Below are positions 1-8,849 of a stretch of 64,000 nucleotides of DNA, one piece after another (the first letter of the stretch is position 1; each line of letters starts with the position of its first letter). This DNA comes from Candidatus Omnitrophota bacterium. GTDB taxonomy: Bacteria; Omnitrophota; Gorgyraeia; Zapsychrales; Zapsychraceae. The position numbers were made by a program, and so were the translations under genes. The notes below the pieces were generated by a model that saw only the letters and a list, made by a program, of their open reading frames with translations, was not told where the DNA came from and did not search any database. The DNA lies in assembly GCA_015233195.1 (NCBI GenBank), contig JADFYE010000003.1, positions 74,489-138,488 on the forward strand, written 5' to 3'.

Positions 1-358
1 GATTTTGTACTCCGAAAAAGTTGGTTTCCATTATTGAGCGGATATCCTGGTCTGATAAATCTTCAAAAAAACCGCCGATGCTATAGCCTGCGTTGTTTAT
101 CAGGATGTCAATACGTCCATATTTTTGTTTTATATATTCTATGGTTGTGGTTATAGTTTCGGGTTTATTTACGTCAAGTTGCTGGATATCGATTGTGGTG
201 TTAAATTCTTTAGCGCGGTTTTTTAGGTCAGTATTTTTAGATAAGTCACGCAGGGTCGCAATGACTTTGTGTCCTTTGGTGCTTAAGTGTACAGCAGTAA
301 GCATGCCAAATCCGCTGGAACAACCGGTGATGAGTATAATTTTAGGTGAGGTGTTCAT
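1..358 (-). CDS. Short-chain dehydrogenase/reductase (SDR) family oxidoreductase. Only the N-terminal 119 aa are present; the C-terminus lies beyond the left window edge.
   Basis: My own reverse-complement translation from the ATG at 358 gives MNTSPKIILITGCSSGFGMLTAVHL...GRIDILINNAGYSIGG. It has the Rossmann TGxxxGxG-type motif (TGCSSGFG) and the NNAG motif of classical SDRs. The ATG overlaps the aroC stop (ATGA). It is not in the supplied ORF track. Confidence 0.75.
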   Translation of the reverse strand, partial: MNTSPKIILITGCSSGFGMLTAVHLSTKGHKVIATLRDLSKNTDLKNRAKEFNTTIDIQQLDVNKPETITTTIEYIKQKYGRIDILINNAGYSIGGFFEDLSDQDIRSIMETNFFGVQN

Positions 359-1413
359 TTATTTTCATTTAACAAAAGTGCGTCGACTAAAACGATGGCT
401 GTCATGGCTTCTACTACCGGCACCATGCGCGGGCACAAACATGGGTCATGGCGACCGGTTACTTCGCAAAAAGAATCTTTACCGTCAGCAGTGACTGTAG
501 CCTGACGTTGAGCAATTGAAGACGTTGGTTTTACAGCAAGACGGAAAATTATATTTTCTCCGGTGGATATGCCGCCTAAAATTCCGCCTGCATGGTTAGT
601 TGAAGTGCGTACTTTTTTTCCATCCATGTAAAATTTGTCATTATGTTCAGAGCCAGTCATTTGCGCTGCGGCAAAACCCTCACCAAATTCAATACCTTTA
701 ATGCCGCCTATTGAAAGCATGGCATGACCTAATAGCGCGTTGAGTTTGTTAAAAATCGGTTCGCCTAAGCCTACTGGGCAATGCGAAACAATAGTTTCAA
801 TTACTCCTCCAATCGAATCATTTTGCGCTTTTACTTCTTCGATCTTTTTGATCATTGCATCAACAATTTCAGGATCAACAGTGCGGATTGGATTTTTTTC
901 TATAAAAGCAAAATCCTTGGTCTTGGCTACAATATCACCTATAGCTAAAGTGTAAGATGCTATATAAATATTTTTCAGGTCTAATATTTTTTTGGCAACA
1001 GCTCCGGCTGCTACTCTGGCTGCAGTTTCACGTCCGGATGCTCTGCCTCCGCCTCTGTGATCGCGTATACCGTATTTTGCAAAGTAAGTGTAATCAGCAT
1101 GACCGGGACGGAAAATATCTTTGATTTTGTCATAGTCTGCTGACTTGTGATCTGTGTTTCGGATTAATAACGCAATTGGCGTGCCAGTGGTTTTACCTTC
1201 AAATACTCCGGATAATATTTCGACTTTATCAGTTTCTTTTCTGGGCGTGGTTACAGAACTTTGTCCGGGTTTTCTGCGGTCAAGATCGTGTTGAATGTCT
1301 GATTCTTTAATTGGAATGTTGGGCGGTACGCTATCAATAATAACTCCAATAGCCGGACCATGGCTCTCGCCGAACGTCGTAATTTTAAAGATGTTCCCGA
1401 ATGAATTATGCAT
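355..1413 (-). CDS. aroC: Chorismate synthase
   Basis: 352 aa. The N-terminus MHNSFGNIFKITTFGESHGPAIG and the later RPGHADYTY and GGGRASGRETAARVAAG blocks are typical of AroC. It abuts the leuD stop. Confidence 0.93.
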   Translation of the reverse strand: MHNSFGNIFKITTFGESHGPAIGVIIDSVPPNIPIKESDIQHDLDRRKPGQSSVTTPRKETDKVEILSGVFEGKTTGTPIALLIRNTDHKSADYDKIKDIFRPGHADYTYFAKYGIRDHRGGGRASGRETAARVAAGAVAKKILDLKNIYIASYTLAIGDIVAKTKDFAFIEKNPIRTVDPEIVDAMIKKIEEVKAQNDSIGGVIETIVSHCPVGLGEPIFNKLNALLGHAMLSIGGIKGIEFGEGFAAAQMTGSEHNDKFYMDGKKVRTSTNHAGGILGGISTGENIIFRLAVKPTSSIAQRQATVTADGKDSFCEVTGRHDPCLCPRMVPVVEAMTAIVLVDALLLNENK

Positions 1414-2028
1414 TTAATTTAACCAAGGTTTATCTGTTTTTAATTTGTTTTCAAAAGTTGCGATCTCTTTTTCATACTGCATGGTCCAGCCGATTTGATC
1501 CAGACCTTTTAGTAAGCAATCGCGTTTAAATTTATCTATTGTGAATGCAAACTCTTTTTTGTTTGACGCAATTACAATATTTTTTTCCAGATCAACTGTA
1601 AATTGCGCGCCTTTATCTTTTTGGACCAGACCAAACAGTTCATTAATTTCAGGACTAGATAATTTTACAAGAAGAATGCCGATCTTGGCACAATTATTAT
1701 AAAAAATATCAGCAAAGCTTGGAGCGATGATACAACGGAATCCAAAGTCAGCTAATGCCCAGGGCGCGTGTTCACGGCTGGAACCGCAGCCAAAATTTTC
1801 TCGCCCTAAAAGTATTGAGGCTTTTCGGTAGGGTTCTTGGTTTAAAATAAAATCCGGATTTTCAATTGTTCCGTCGTAATCTGTATAGCGTAATTCGTGG
1901 AACAAATGTTTACCAAATCCTTGACGGTCAACTTTACGCAAAAATTGTTTTGGTATGATGCAGTCAGTATCAACATTAGCCCTATCCAGCGGAACGACAA
2001 TACCAGTGTGTTTTGTAAATGCGTCCAT
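1414..2028 (-). CDS. leuD: 3-isopropylmalate dehydratase small subunit
   Basis: 204 aa with an aconitase swivel-domain pattern ([18 protein letters not shown]). It lies directly downstream of leuC. Confidence 0.9.
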   Translation of the reverse strand: MDAFTKHTGIVVPLDRANVDTDCIIPKQFLRKVDRQGFGKHLFHELRYTDYDGTIENPDFILNQEPYRKASILLGRENFGCGSSREHAPWALADFGFRCIIAPSFADIFYNNCAKIGILLVKLSSPEINELFGLVQKDKGAQFTVDLEKNIVIASNKKEFAFTIDKFKRDCLLKGLDQIGWTMQYEKEIATFENKLKTDKPWLN

Positions 2029-2039
2029 GTTTTATCCTT

Positions 2040-3440
2040 TTATAAATATTTTCTACAGTCTGTTAATTTTCCTTCAATCGCCGACGCTGCAGCAACATAT
2101 GGGCTGACTAAATGTGAACGGCTGCCAGCTCCTTGTCTTCCTTCAAAATTGCGATTGCTGGTCGATGCGCAGCGTTGTCCTGGCGCTAAACGGTCATCAT
2201 TCATAGCTAGACACATTGAGCATCCTGCGTAACGCCATTGACATCCAGCGTCGATAAATATCTGATGTAAGCCTTCTTTTTCAGCTTGGCGTTTGACTGT
2301 TTCAGAACCAGGCACAATCAAAGCAGTAACATTTTTATGAACTTTTTTGCCTTTTAATATTTGAGCAGCTGCGCGTAAATCTTCAATTCGTCCATTCGTA
2401 CATGATCCGATGAATACATAATCGATTGTGATGTCAGTCATAGGCGTACCAGGTTTTAGATCCATATATTTATTCGCCATGCGTGCGGCATTAGCTGCTA
2501 CAGGGTCACTGATTTTATCAGGATTAGGAACTACATCGTCTATAGACGTGCCTTGCCCTGGGCTTGTCCCCCAGGTAACCATAGGTTTTATATCTTCAGC
2601 TTTAAAATTTAATACCTTATCAAATTTTGCGCCCTGATCACTGGGTAAAGTTTTCCAATAAGCAATTGCTTTGTCCCAATTTTCACCAGTTGGCGCGTAA
2701 GGTTTACCTTTTAAATATGTGAATGTGGTTTCATCAGGCGCGATTAGACCAGCCCGAGCGCCAGCTTCAATTGTCATATTTGATATTGTCATACGACCTT
2801 CCATGCTTAAGGCGCGAATTGTGCTGCCAGCATATTCGATCGCGTAACCAGTAGCTCCGGCTGTTCCAATTTTACTGATAATATATAAAATTATATCTTT
2901 AGCGGTTACGCCTTTGCCTAATTTTCCGTCGACATTTATTTGCATAGTAGGCATGGAATTTTGTTGAATTGTTTGGGTAGCTAAAACATGTTCTACTTCT
3001 GATGTTCCAATACCAAAAGCTAAAGCACCGAATGCGCCATGGGTCGCGGTATGTGAATCTCCGCAAACAATAACCATACCGGGTAAAGTCAGACCTAATT
3101 CAGGCGCGAAAATATGTATAACGCCGTTGCAAATATCCTGATAATCAAAACAGCGTATACCAAATTGTTTGCAATTGTCTGACAATGCTTGCAATTGTAT
3201 TTGCGAAGTTTTTTCCATTTCTGCAAAAACTTTAGTGCGGGTAGATGTATTATGGTCCATGGTCGCGAAAGTTTTTTCCGGATGACGGGCTTTACGTCCA
3301 GACAGCCGTAAAGCGTCAAATGCTTGCGGACTGGTAACTTCGTGAATTAAGTGCCGGTCAACGTATAGTATATTTGTATCACCCTGGCTTTCTCTGACCA
3401 GATGACTTTCCCAGATTTTTTGATACATGGTTTTACTCAT
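2040..3440 (-). CDS. leuC: 3-isopropylmalate dehydratase large subunit
   Basis: 466 aa with aconitase-family catalytic motifs ([24 protein letters not shown]; [11 protein letters not shown]; CSMCLAMN). It is paired with leuD. Confidence 0.92.
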   Translation of the reverse strand: MSKTMYQKIWESHLVRESQGDTNILYVDRHLIHEVTSPQAFDALRLSGRKARHPEKTFATMDHNTSTRTKVFAEMEKTSQIQLQALSDNCKQFGIRCFDYQDICNGVIHIFAPELGLTLPGMVIVCGDSHTATHGAFGALAFGIGTSEVEHVLATQTIQQNSMPTMQINVDGKLGKGVTAKDIILYIISKIGTAGATGYAIEYAGSTIRALSMEGRMTISNMTIEAGARAGLIAPDETTFTYLKGKPYAPTGENWDKAIAYWKTLPSDQGAKFDKVLNFKAEDIKPMVTWGTSPGQGTSIDDVVPNPDKISDPVAANAARMANKYMDLKPGTPMTDITIDYVFIGSCTNGRIEDLRAAAQILKGKKVHKNVTALIVPGSETVKRQAEKEGLHQIFIDAGCQWRYAGCSMCLAMNDDRLAPGQRCASTSNRNFEGRQGAGSRSHLVSPYVAAASAIEGKLTDCRKYL

Positions 3441-3467
3441 AAAAAACCTTTCTAATTTATTTTATAT

Positions 3468-3487
3468 GGGCACGAAGTATCGTGCCC
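3468..3487 (-). terminator. Perfect 8-bp stem / 4-nt loop hairpin between acnA and leuC. It may be a terminator, attenuator or RNA-processing stem.
   Basis: GGGCACGA-agta-TCGTGCCC, starting 6 nt downstream of the acnA stop. On the minus-sense RNA the tail is A-rich (AUAUAAAAUAAAUU), not a U-tract, so it is not a canonical intrinsic terminator. Confidence 0.3.
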
Positions 3488-3493
3488 CTACAG

Positions 3494-6193
3494 TTATTTT
3501 ACTATTCTCTTCAACACGGTCGGTAAAATCCCGCCATTTCTAAAATAATCAATTTCTACTGGCGTGTCTAACCTTGCGATTGCTGTAAATGTAGTATTGC
3601 GTCCGCTAGGAGATTTTGCGTGCACAGTAATAGTTTGCCGTGGTTTTAAATTTTCATCTATTCCTTCAAAATTAAATATTTCATCGCCTTGTAAACCTAA
3701 AGTTTGTGCAGTTATTCCGGGATTAAATTGTAAAGGTAAAACACCCATGCCTGCTAAGTTACTGCGGTGAATACGTTCATAACTTTCTGCTAATACTGTG
3801 CGTATACCGAGGAGTGCTGTGCCTTTTGCTGCCCAATCACGGCTTGAACCAGTGCCGTATTCTTTGCCAGCTAAGACCAGTAATGGTGTTTGTTTTTTTG
3901 CATATTCTCCTGCGGCGTCAAAAATATTCATTATTTCCCATTTAGGAAAATATGTAGTGAATGAGCCTTCTGTACCTGGTGCTAATTTATTACGCAAACG
4001 GATATTAGCGAATGTCCCTCGTACCATTACTTTGTCATTTCCTCTACGAGATCCGTAACTGTTAAAGTCAGACGGTTGAACACCTTGTTCTAATAAATAT
4101 TTTCCTGCCGGACTATTTTGCGCGATTGATCCTGCAGGTGAAATATGATCAGTTGTAATTGAATCTCCGACCATGACTAACACTCTCGCATTTTTAATAG
4201 TTTCTATATTCTTATTTTCTAAAGTCAAATTTGTAAAAAACGGTGGTTCTTGAATATAAGTACTTTTTATGTTCCATTCAAATTGATCTGACTTAGTTTC
4301 TTTAATTTTTGCCCAGTGTTCATCACCTTGAAAAATATTTTTATAACATTTTTTAAAAGCTGCTGGTTTAAGTCCCTTATCAATATTTTTTAATATGTCA
4401 CTTTCGCTGGGCCATATATCACGCAAAAACACTTTTTCTCCGTCTTTAGTCACCCCAACTGGTTCAACTGCAAAATCAATGTTCGTGGTTCCTGCTAAAG
4501 CATATGCAATTACTAATGGCGGACTTGCCAAATAATTTGCTTTAACATGTGGATTGATACGTCCTTCAAAATTTCGGTTACCGCTCACCACGCCTGAAAC
4601 AATTAGTTGACCGGTTTTAATAGTTTCAGCTACTTCTTCTGGTAATGCTCCGCTGTTACCGATACAAGTAGCGCAGCCATAACCAACAATATTAAATTTT
4701 AATTTTTCAAGATATTCAAGCAATCCTGCATCGCTCAAATACTCTTCTGCGACTTTTGATCCAGGGGTAAAACTGGTTTTTACAAAATCTTTAACTGTTA
4801 ATCCTTTTTCCACTGCTTTTTTTGCTATTAGCCCTGCAATAATCAGTAACGTTGGGTTTGAGGTATTGGTACAGCTGGTTATCGACGCTAATACAACTGA
4901 TCCATTACTTATCTCGTCGTTATTTTTATTCGCGACTTTAATTTTTTTATTTAGCTCTTCAGGTTTGATATTAAAACCACCTTCATTTATCGGAGCAGTA
5001 AATACATTTTGGAAATGTGTTTTTGCATTCTTTAATAAAACCCGGTCTTGAGGACGTTTTGGTCCGGAAATACAGGGTTCAACAGTAGAAAGATCTAATT
5101 CTAAATATGAGCTGTATTGGGATTCAGTCTTATAGTCGTAGAACATGCCTTGAGCTTTCAAATAGCTTTCTAACAGATCAATATCGTGTTTGTCGCGACC
5201 AGTGAATTTGTAATAATCTAAGGCGATACGGTCAACTGGGAATATTCCAATTGTAGCGCCGTATTCAGGTCCCATATTTGATATTGTAGCGCGGTCAGGC
5301 AAAGATAAATATTTTAAACCATTGCCATAAAATTCAACAAACTTATCAACTACACCATGTTTACGCAGCATTTGGACTATAGTTAATACTAAGTCAGTAG
5401 CAGTTACACCGTTAGGTAATCGTCCAGTTAATTTAAAACCGACTACTTCAGGCATAACCATATCGATTGGCTCGCCTAACATTACAGCTTCTGCTTCAAT
5501 GCCGCCCACTCCCCAGCCGACAATTCCTAAACCATTTATCATGGTAGTGTGGCTGTCTGTACCAACTAAAGAATCCGGATAAATGATAATTTCTTTTTTA
5601 ACTTTTTTCTTTAAAAGCCCAGTTGCTAGATGCTCAAGGTTGATCTGGTGAATTATACCGGTCGCTGGCGGAACAACATTGAAATTTTTAAACGCGTTCT
5701 GTCCCCATTTTAAGAATTCATAACGTTCTTTATTACGTTTAAATTCGAGAATAAGATTTTGCTCAAAAGCTTTTTTATCGCCGAAATAATCAACTTGTAA
5801 TGAATGGTCAATTATCAAATCGCAGCGTACCTGCGGGTTTATTTTTTTTATATCTCCGCCAATTTTTCCGATAGCTGAACGCATTGCAGCCAGATCAACT
5901 ACGCAAGGTACACCGGTAAAATCCTGTAAAATAACTCGACCAGGTTTAAAAGCAATTTCTTTTGTAGATTTGGTTTTTGGTGTCCAGCCTAACAAAGTTT
6001 TAATGTCTTCTAAGCGTACTTTATAATTATCGCAATTCCGCACCGTACTCTCTAATAAGACTTTAATTGAGAATGGTAATTTTGATGCATCCCCTAAACC
6101 AGTTTGCGCGAGTTTTTCAAAACTAAAGTATGAAAAGTTTCCTTTGTCGGTCTTTAATATTTCTTTAGCATCATTCGGATTAAATTTGTTCAT
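3494..6193 (-). CDS. acnA: Aconitate hydratase A (IRP-like monomeric aconitase)
   Basis: 899 aa. It has the motifs VVGTDSHTTMINGLGIVGWGVGGIEAEA, SCTNTSNP and GCATCIGNSG, and the GNRNFEGR Fe-S ligand region. Length and order match AcnA rather than AcnB. Confidence 0.93.
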   Translation of the reverse strand: MNKFNPNDAKEILKTDKGNFSYFSFEKLAQTGLGDASKLPFSIKVLLESTVRNCDNYKVRLEDIKTLLGWTPKTKSTKEIAFKPGRVILQDFTGVPCVVDLAAMRSAIGKIGGDIKKINPQVRCDLIIDHSLQVDYFGDKKAFEQNLILEFKRNKERYEFLKWGQNAFKNFNVVPPATGIIHQINLEHLATGLLKKKVKKEIIIYPDSLVGTDSHTTMINGLGIVGWGVGGIEAEAVMLGEPIDMVMPEVVGFKLTGRLPNGVTATDLVLTIVQMLRKHGVVDKFVEFYGNGLKYLSLPDRATISNMGPEYGATIGIFPVDRIALDYYKFTGRDKHDIDLLESYLKAQGMFYDYKTESQYSSYLELDLSTVEPCISGPKRPQDRVLLKNAKTHFQNVFTAPINEGGFNIKPEELNKKIKVANKNNDEISNGSVVLASITSCTNTSNPTLLIIAGLIAKKAVEKGLTVKDFVKTSFTPGSKVAEEYLSDAGLLEYLEKLKFNIVGYGCATCIGNSGALPEEVAETIKTGQLIVSGVVSGNRNFEGRINPHVKANYLASPPLVIAYALAGTTNIDFAVEPVGVTKDGEKVFLRDIWPSESDILKNIDKGLKPAAFKKCYKNIFQGDEHWAKIKETKSDQFEWNIKSTYIQEPPFFTNLTLENKNIETIKNARVLVMVGDSITTDHISPAGSIAQNSPAGKYLLEQGVQPSDFNSYGSRRGNDKVMVRGTFANIRLRNKLAPGTEGSFTTYFPKWEIMNIFDAAGEYAKKQTPLLVLAGKEYGTGSSRDWAAKGTALLGIRTVLAESYERIHRSNLAGMGVLPLQFNPGITAQTLGLQGDEIFNFEGIDENLKPRQTITVHAKSPSGRNTTFTAIARLDTPVEIDYFRNGGILPTVLKRIVK

Positions 6194-6220
6194 ATGTGCC
6201 CCTTTTAATTATTGATGCGT

Positions 6221-6249
6221 ATTATACGGAAAAGGGGTAAATGTGTAAA
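6221..6249 (-). promoter_or_regulatory. Predicted sigma70-type promoter for acnA
   Basis: Minus strand: TTTACA (6249-6244), a 17-nt spacer, then TATAAT (6226-6221). This leaves a leader of about 20 nt containing the SD AAAAGGGG 5 nt before the ATG at 6193. Confidence 0.5.
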
Positions 6250-6275
6250 GTGCGAATATAGCTTAAAGAATATGG

Positions 6276-8612
6276 TTATTCACTTTTTGCAAGCATGTCA
6301 TGAAAATTTTTGATAGGAACTACGTCAATTATAACTGGCAGCATGCCTTGGATTTGGGCAGGATCAATATTTTTTAATTCTGCGGGTATGGAAAAATTTA
6401 TATTTTCTCCGGAAGTGTTTAATTTTAAGTTAGTTGGGTTTAGGTCTATACCTCCTACTTTTCTTACAGCCATGGCACGGTCGATTATAATTTCAGATAA
6501 CCCGGAACCAGTAGCTTCTTCTAAAAGTTTTATTTTTGCTATATCAGGAATCTCAGATATATGGATATTAGGAAAATCTGTCGGATGCGATTGGATAAAA
6601 TTAATTACCGGTGATCCGGTGGCAATATTAATGTGGGGTTGTTTTTGTTTAGCCCAAGGCAATAATTTTTTAAAAAAATTTATTATTGCAGCTTCTGGAT
6701 CGGGCACATTTTGTTCAACTGTTATACTGTCAATAAATAAAGCATGTCTAGATTCTTTTATGCGTGCAGTACATTCTATTGCGGTAGAGTTTTTATTAGG
6801 TAATGAAACCACATAGTCTCCTGAAACATTTGAAATTATCAGACCAGTGTCAGCTTCTATTCGGTGTTTAATTAGTCGTTTAATTCCCGCATCAAGCAGG
6901 GTAGTAAATTCGGGAATCGTTTTTTTAATTTCTGGATCAATAAAGATTTCGTTTGGATTATAGTATGGCAAATTATATTTATCAAAACGAATTACTGCTA
7001 GCCCTTGGACTATTTCAGGGTGTGAAATAGGGCTTAATGCAACAATAAAATTTTTTGTTGTAACGGTTAATGATTTTTCCATCAGGTCAATAATTGCGGT
7101 TGCGTATTGGGGAAATTGTTGTGTTATTGTATCTTTTAGCTGCGGACTTAATTTTTTTAATCGACCTTGATATTCATGTACCCAGCTCCATTCTGCATGG
7201 TTTTTCAACCATGAATATATCTCCTCACCTATTTCTGGCGTTGAAATATTTTGTAATTCCCGCATAGATATAGTGCCATCATTTATAGAAATTTCAGTTT
7301 TGGTTTTTGCTCTGAAATTATTAATAGCGGCTATGGCTTTTCCATAAGCATGTCCTTCAGGAATGTTATTCGTCCCATCAACAAATAAAAAAAATGATCG
7401 CGCGCGGGTAAAATATATTTTTCTTTTTATTTTGTTTGGCATTAAATTAAGAAAAGCATTTTCAGTAGAGCTGTGAGAAAGCCAAGGTTCAAGCTGTACT
7501 GGTACCAGCATGGCACGGTCGCGTGTCCGCTTAGGGATTTGTGTTGCATCAGTATGGATATTTGAACGTTCGATTCGTCCGCTAACTCCACCGGCGAAAT
7601 ATTTGCGTGGAATTATTTGCTGGCTGGTTGGGTCATACTCTTCTTTTATAAAATTAAATGCGCCTTGGGCGAAAGTTTTAAGATATTGTTGATATATGTC
7701 ATTTTTAATATTTGGGTTGCTGTTTTCTATACCAAAAATTTTGTTTTGATTAACATACACCTTACCTAAAAAACTTTTTTGTATTTTTTGTTTGAACCAT
7801 GCTGCCATTATTAGGGAATTGAATACTTGACGTAAAGGCGCAAAATAAGTGCCGTTGTTAATTTCTGACTCAAGTTCTGGAATTATGATTTGTTTAATAA
7901 TTTCTGATTCTTTAACCGTTGACTTTTTACCTTTGACCTGTGATAACCCATAGTCCATATCGGTCATCACCTTTAAATGTGAATAAGTTATAATTGCGGT
8001 ATTTTTATGTTCATAGATATTTGCTTTATCAGCTACGATCCATACTTTATTAAGTGTGTTAGTTGAGATCTCAGAAGTGTTGAATTTTCCTTTTGCCTGC
8101 TGATAAATCTTACTCCAAAATTGTTTCCCAACTTCAGTATCAGGTTGTAATAAGCTCGAGGTTAATTTTTTTAATAGATAGTCCTGGGCTAATAAAATCT
8201 TTCCCATTTCAGTTCTGCTGAAATTTTCTGGAATAATTCTATCTTTTTCAGTTGGTGATAAATTTACCCATAGATCAGTTTCAGGTATGGTTAAAGCTGC
8301 TAAAAAATATTTTATTAGTTCTTGAGCCTGTTCTTTTATTTGAACTGAAGTTGGATTATCATCACCTGGGGTTACGATAAAATCAAAACGCAGCGGGTTT
8401 TCTGGATAAAAGGAAACCCCTGAAACGATGGTGGGGGCAAATCCCGGACTATGCGGGACCATCATCCCAGGGGTTAATATTATTGGTTCGGCTGCAAACA
8501 CTGTGCTTGGTATTATTATACTGTTTACCCCAAGACCGATGCACAGCACACCGACTATTATTATTCGCCGGAGACGATGCAGCAAATTATTATTCAACTT
8601 CCGCGTCATCAT
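6276..8612 (-). CDS. Unknown-function protein with an N-terminal signal anchor or signal peptide. It is a paralogue of the giant ORF at 56627-64000 through a shared N-core and GGIDLN C-tail.
   Basis: 778 aa. The N-terminus is MMTRKLNNNLLHRLRRIIIVGVLCIGLGVNSIIIPSTVFA|AEP, with tandem ATGs at 8612 and 8609 and the SD GAGGGGG. The core block FIKEEYDPTSQQIIPRKYFAGG (about 7587-7655) and the C-tail VGGIDLN (6438-6455) both recur in the giant ORF. I recognised no catalytic motif. Confidence 0.85.
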   Translation of the reverse strand: MMTRKLNNNLLHRLRRIIIVGVLCIGLGVNSIIIPSTVFAAEPIILTPGMMVPHSPGFAPTIVSGVSFYPENPLRFDFIVTPGDDNPTSVQIKEQAQELIKYFLAALTIPETDLWVNLSPTEKDRIIPENFSRTEMGKILLAQDYLLKKLTSSLLQPDTEVGKQFWSKIYQQAKGKFNTSEISTNTLNKVWIVADKANIYEHKNTAIITYSHLKVMTDMDYGLSQVKGKKSTVKESEIIKQIIIPELESEINNGTYFAPLRQVFNSLIMAAWFKQKIQKSFLGKVYVNQNKIFGIENSNPNIKNDIYQQYLKTFAQGAFNFIKEEYDPTSQQIIPRKYFAGGVSGRIERSNIHTDATQIPKRTRDRAMLVPVQLEPWLSHSSTENAFLNLMPNKIKRKIYFTRARSFFLFVDGTNNIPEGHAYGKAIAAINNFRAKTKTEISINDGTISMRELQNISTPEIGEEIYSWLKNHAEWSWVHEYQGRLKKLSPQLKDTITQQFPQYATAIIDLMEKSLTVTTKNFIVALSPISHPEIVQGLAVIRFDKYNLPYYNPNEIFIDPEIKKTIPEFTTLLDAGIKRLIKHRIEADTGLIISNVSGDYVVSLPNKNSTAIECTARIKESRHALFIDSITVEQNVPDPEAAIINFFKKLLPWAKQKQPHINIATGSPVINFIQSHPTDFPNIHISEIPDIAKIKLLEEATGSGLSEIIIDRAMAVRKVGGIDLNPTNLKLNTSGENINFSIPAELKNIDPAQIQGMLPVIIDVVPIKNFHDMLAKSE

Positions 8613-8645
8613 TTGCCCCCTCTAAGGCAGCCCCCGCTTCCTTTT

Positions 8646-8659
8646 GGGGACACGTCCCC
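8646..8659. promoter_or_regulatory. GC-rich palindrome GGGGAC-AC-GTCCCC upstream of the 778-aa gene. It is a candidate operator or a small 5'-UTR stem.
   Basis: It has perfect 6-bp arms and lies 34-47 nt upstream of the ATG at 8612, in an otherwise AT-rich divergent intergenic region. Confidence 0.3.
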
Positions 8660-8745
8660 TTTGAAACCTATTGAAAGTATATCCGATATTTTAAGAAAAA
8701 AAAGGGCATTTTAGCACTTTCGAGAAACCCCTTTCTTTTGGCAGT

Positions 8746-8785
8746 AGATGCGTAATCTGCGTTGTGTTGCGCAGATGACGCATCT
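8746..8785. promoter_or_regulatory. 16-bp inverted repeat (15/16 match) with an 8-nt spacer in the divergent intergenic region. It is a candidate operator or RNA stem-loop.
   Basis: AGATGCGTaATCTGCG-ttgtgttg-CGCAGATgACGCATCT. No gene ends here, because both flanking genes diverge, so it is not a terminator. Confidence 0.4.
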
Positions 8786-8849
8786 GCGGAGCCGGTTTAA
8801 AAATATAAATTTAATTTGATTTTCGACGGATTTCGGTTATTTTAAAAGC

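Noticed and set aside
6199-6237. An 8-bp stem CCCCTTTT...AAAAGGGG (23-nt loop) between the 778-aa gene and acnA, considered as an intrinsic terminator or an SD-sequestering switch
   Set aside because: There is no U-tract, and the loop contains the predicted acnA -10 box. The anti-SD arm would only be transcribed in read-through RNA from the upstream gene. This is interesting but too speculative to report as a feature.
6310-6816. Plus-strand ORFs antisense to long minus-strand genes. This 168-aa example is joined by 93-494, 27521-27913, 29898-30290, 37574-38083, 52841-53302, 55004-55420 and the many 60-110-aa entries in the track.
   Set aside because: All lie fully inside well-supported minus-strand genes and have no recognisable motifs or ribosome-binding sites. 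Long antisense ORFs are expected in AT-rich, codon-biased DNA.
8613-8849. A cobalamin riboswitch or other known leader upstream of the B12-binding radical SAM gene
   Set aside because: I could not find a B12-box-like consensus or the multi-helix architecture by eye. Only the simple inverted repeat and palindrome are evident. An Infernal/Rfam scan is needed to exclude it formally.
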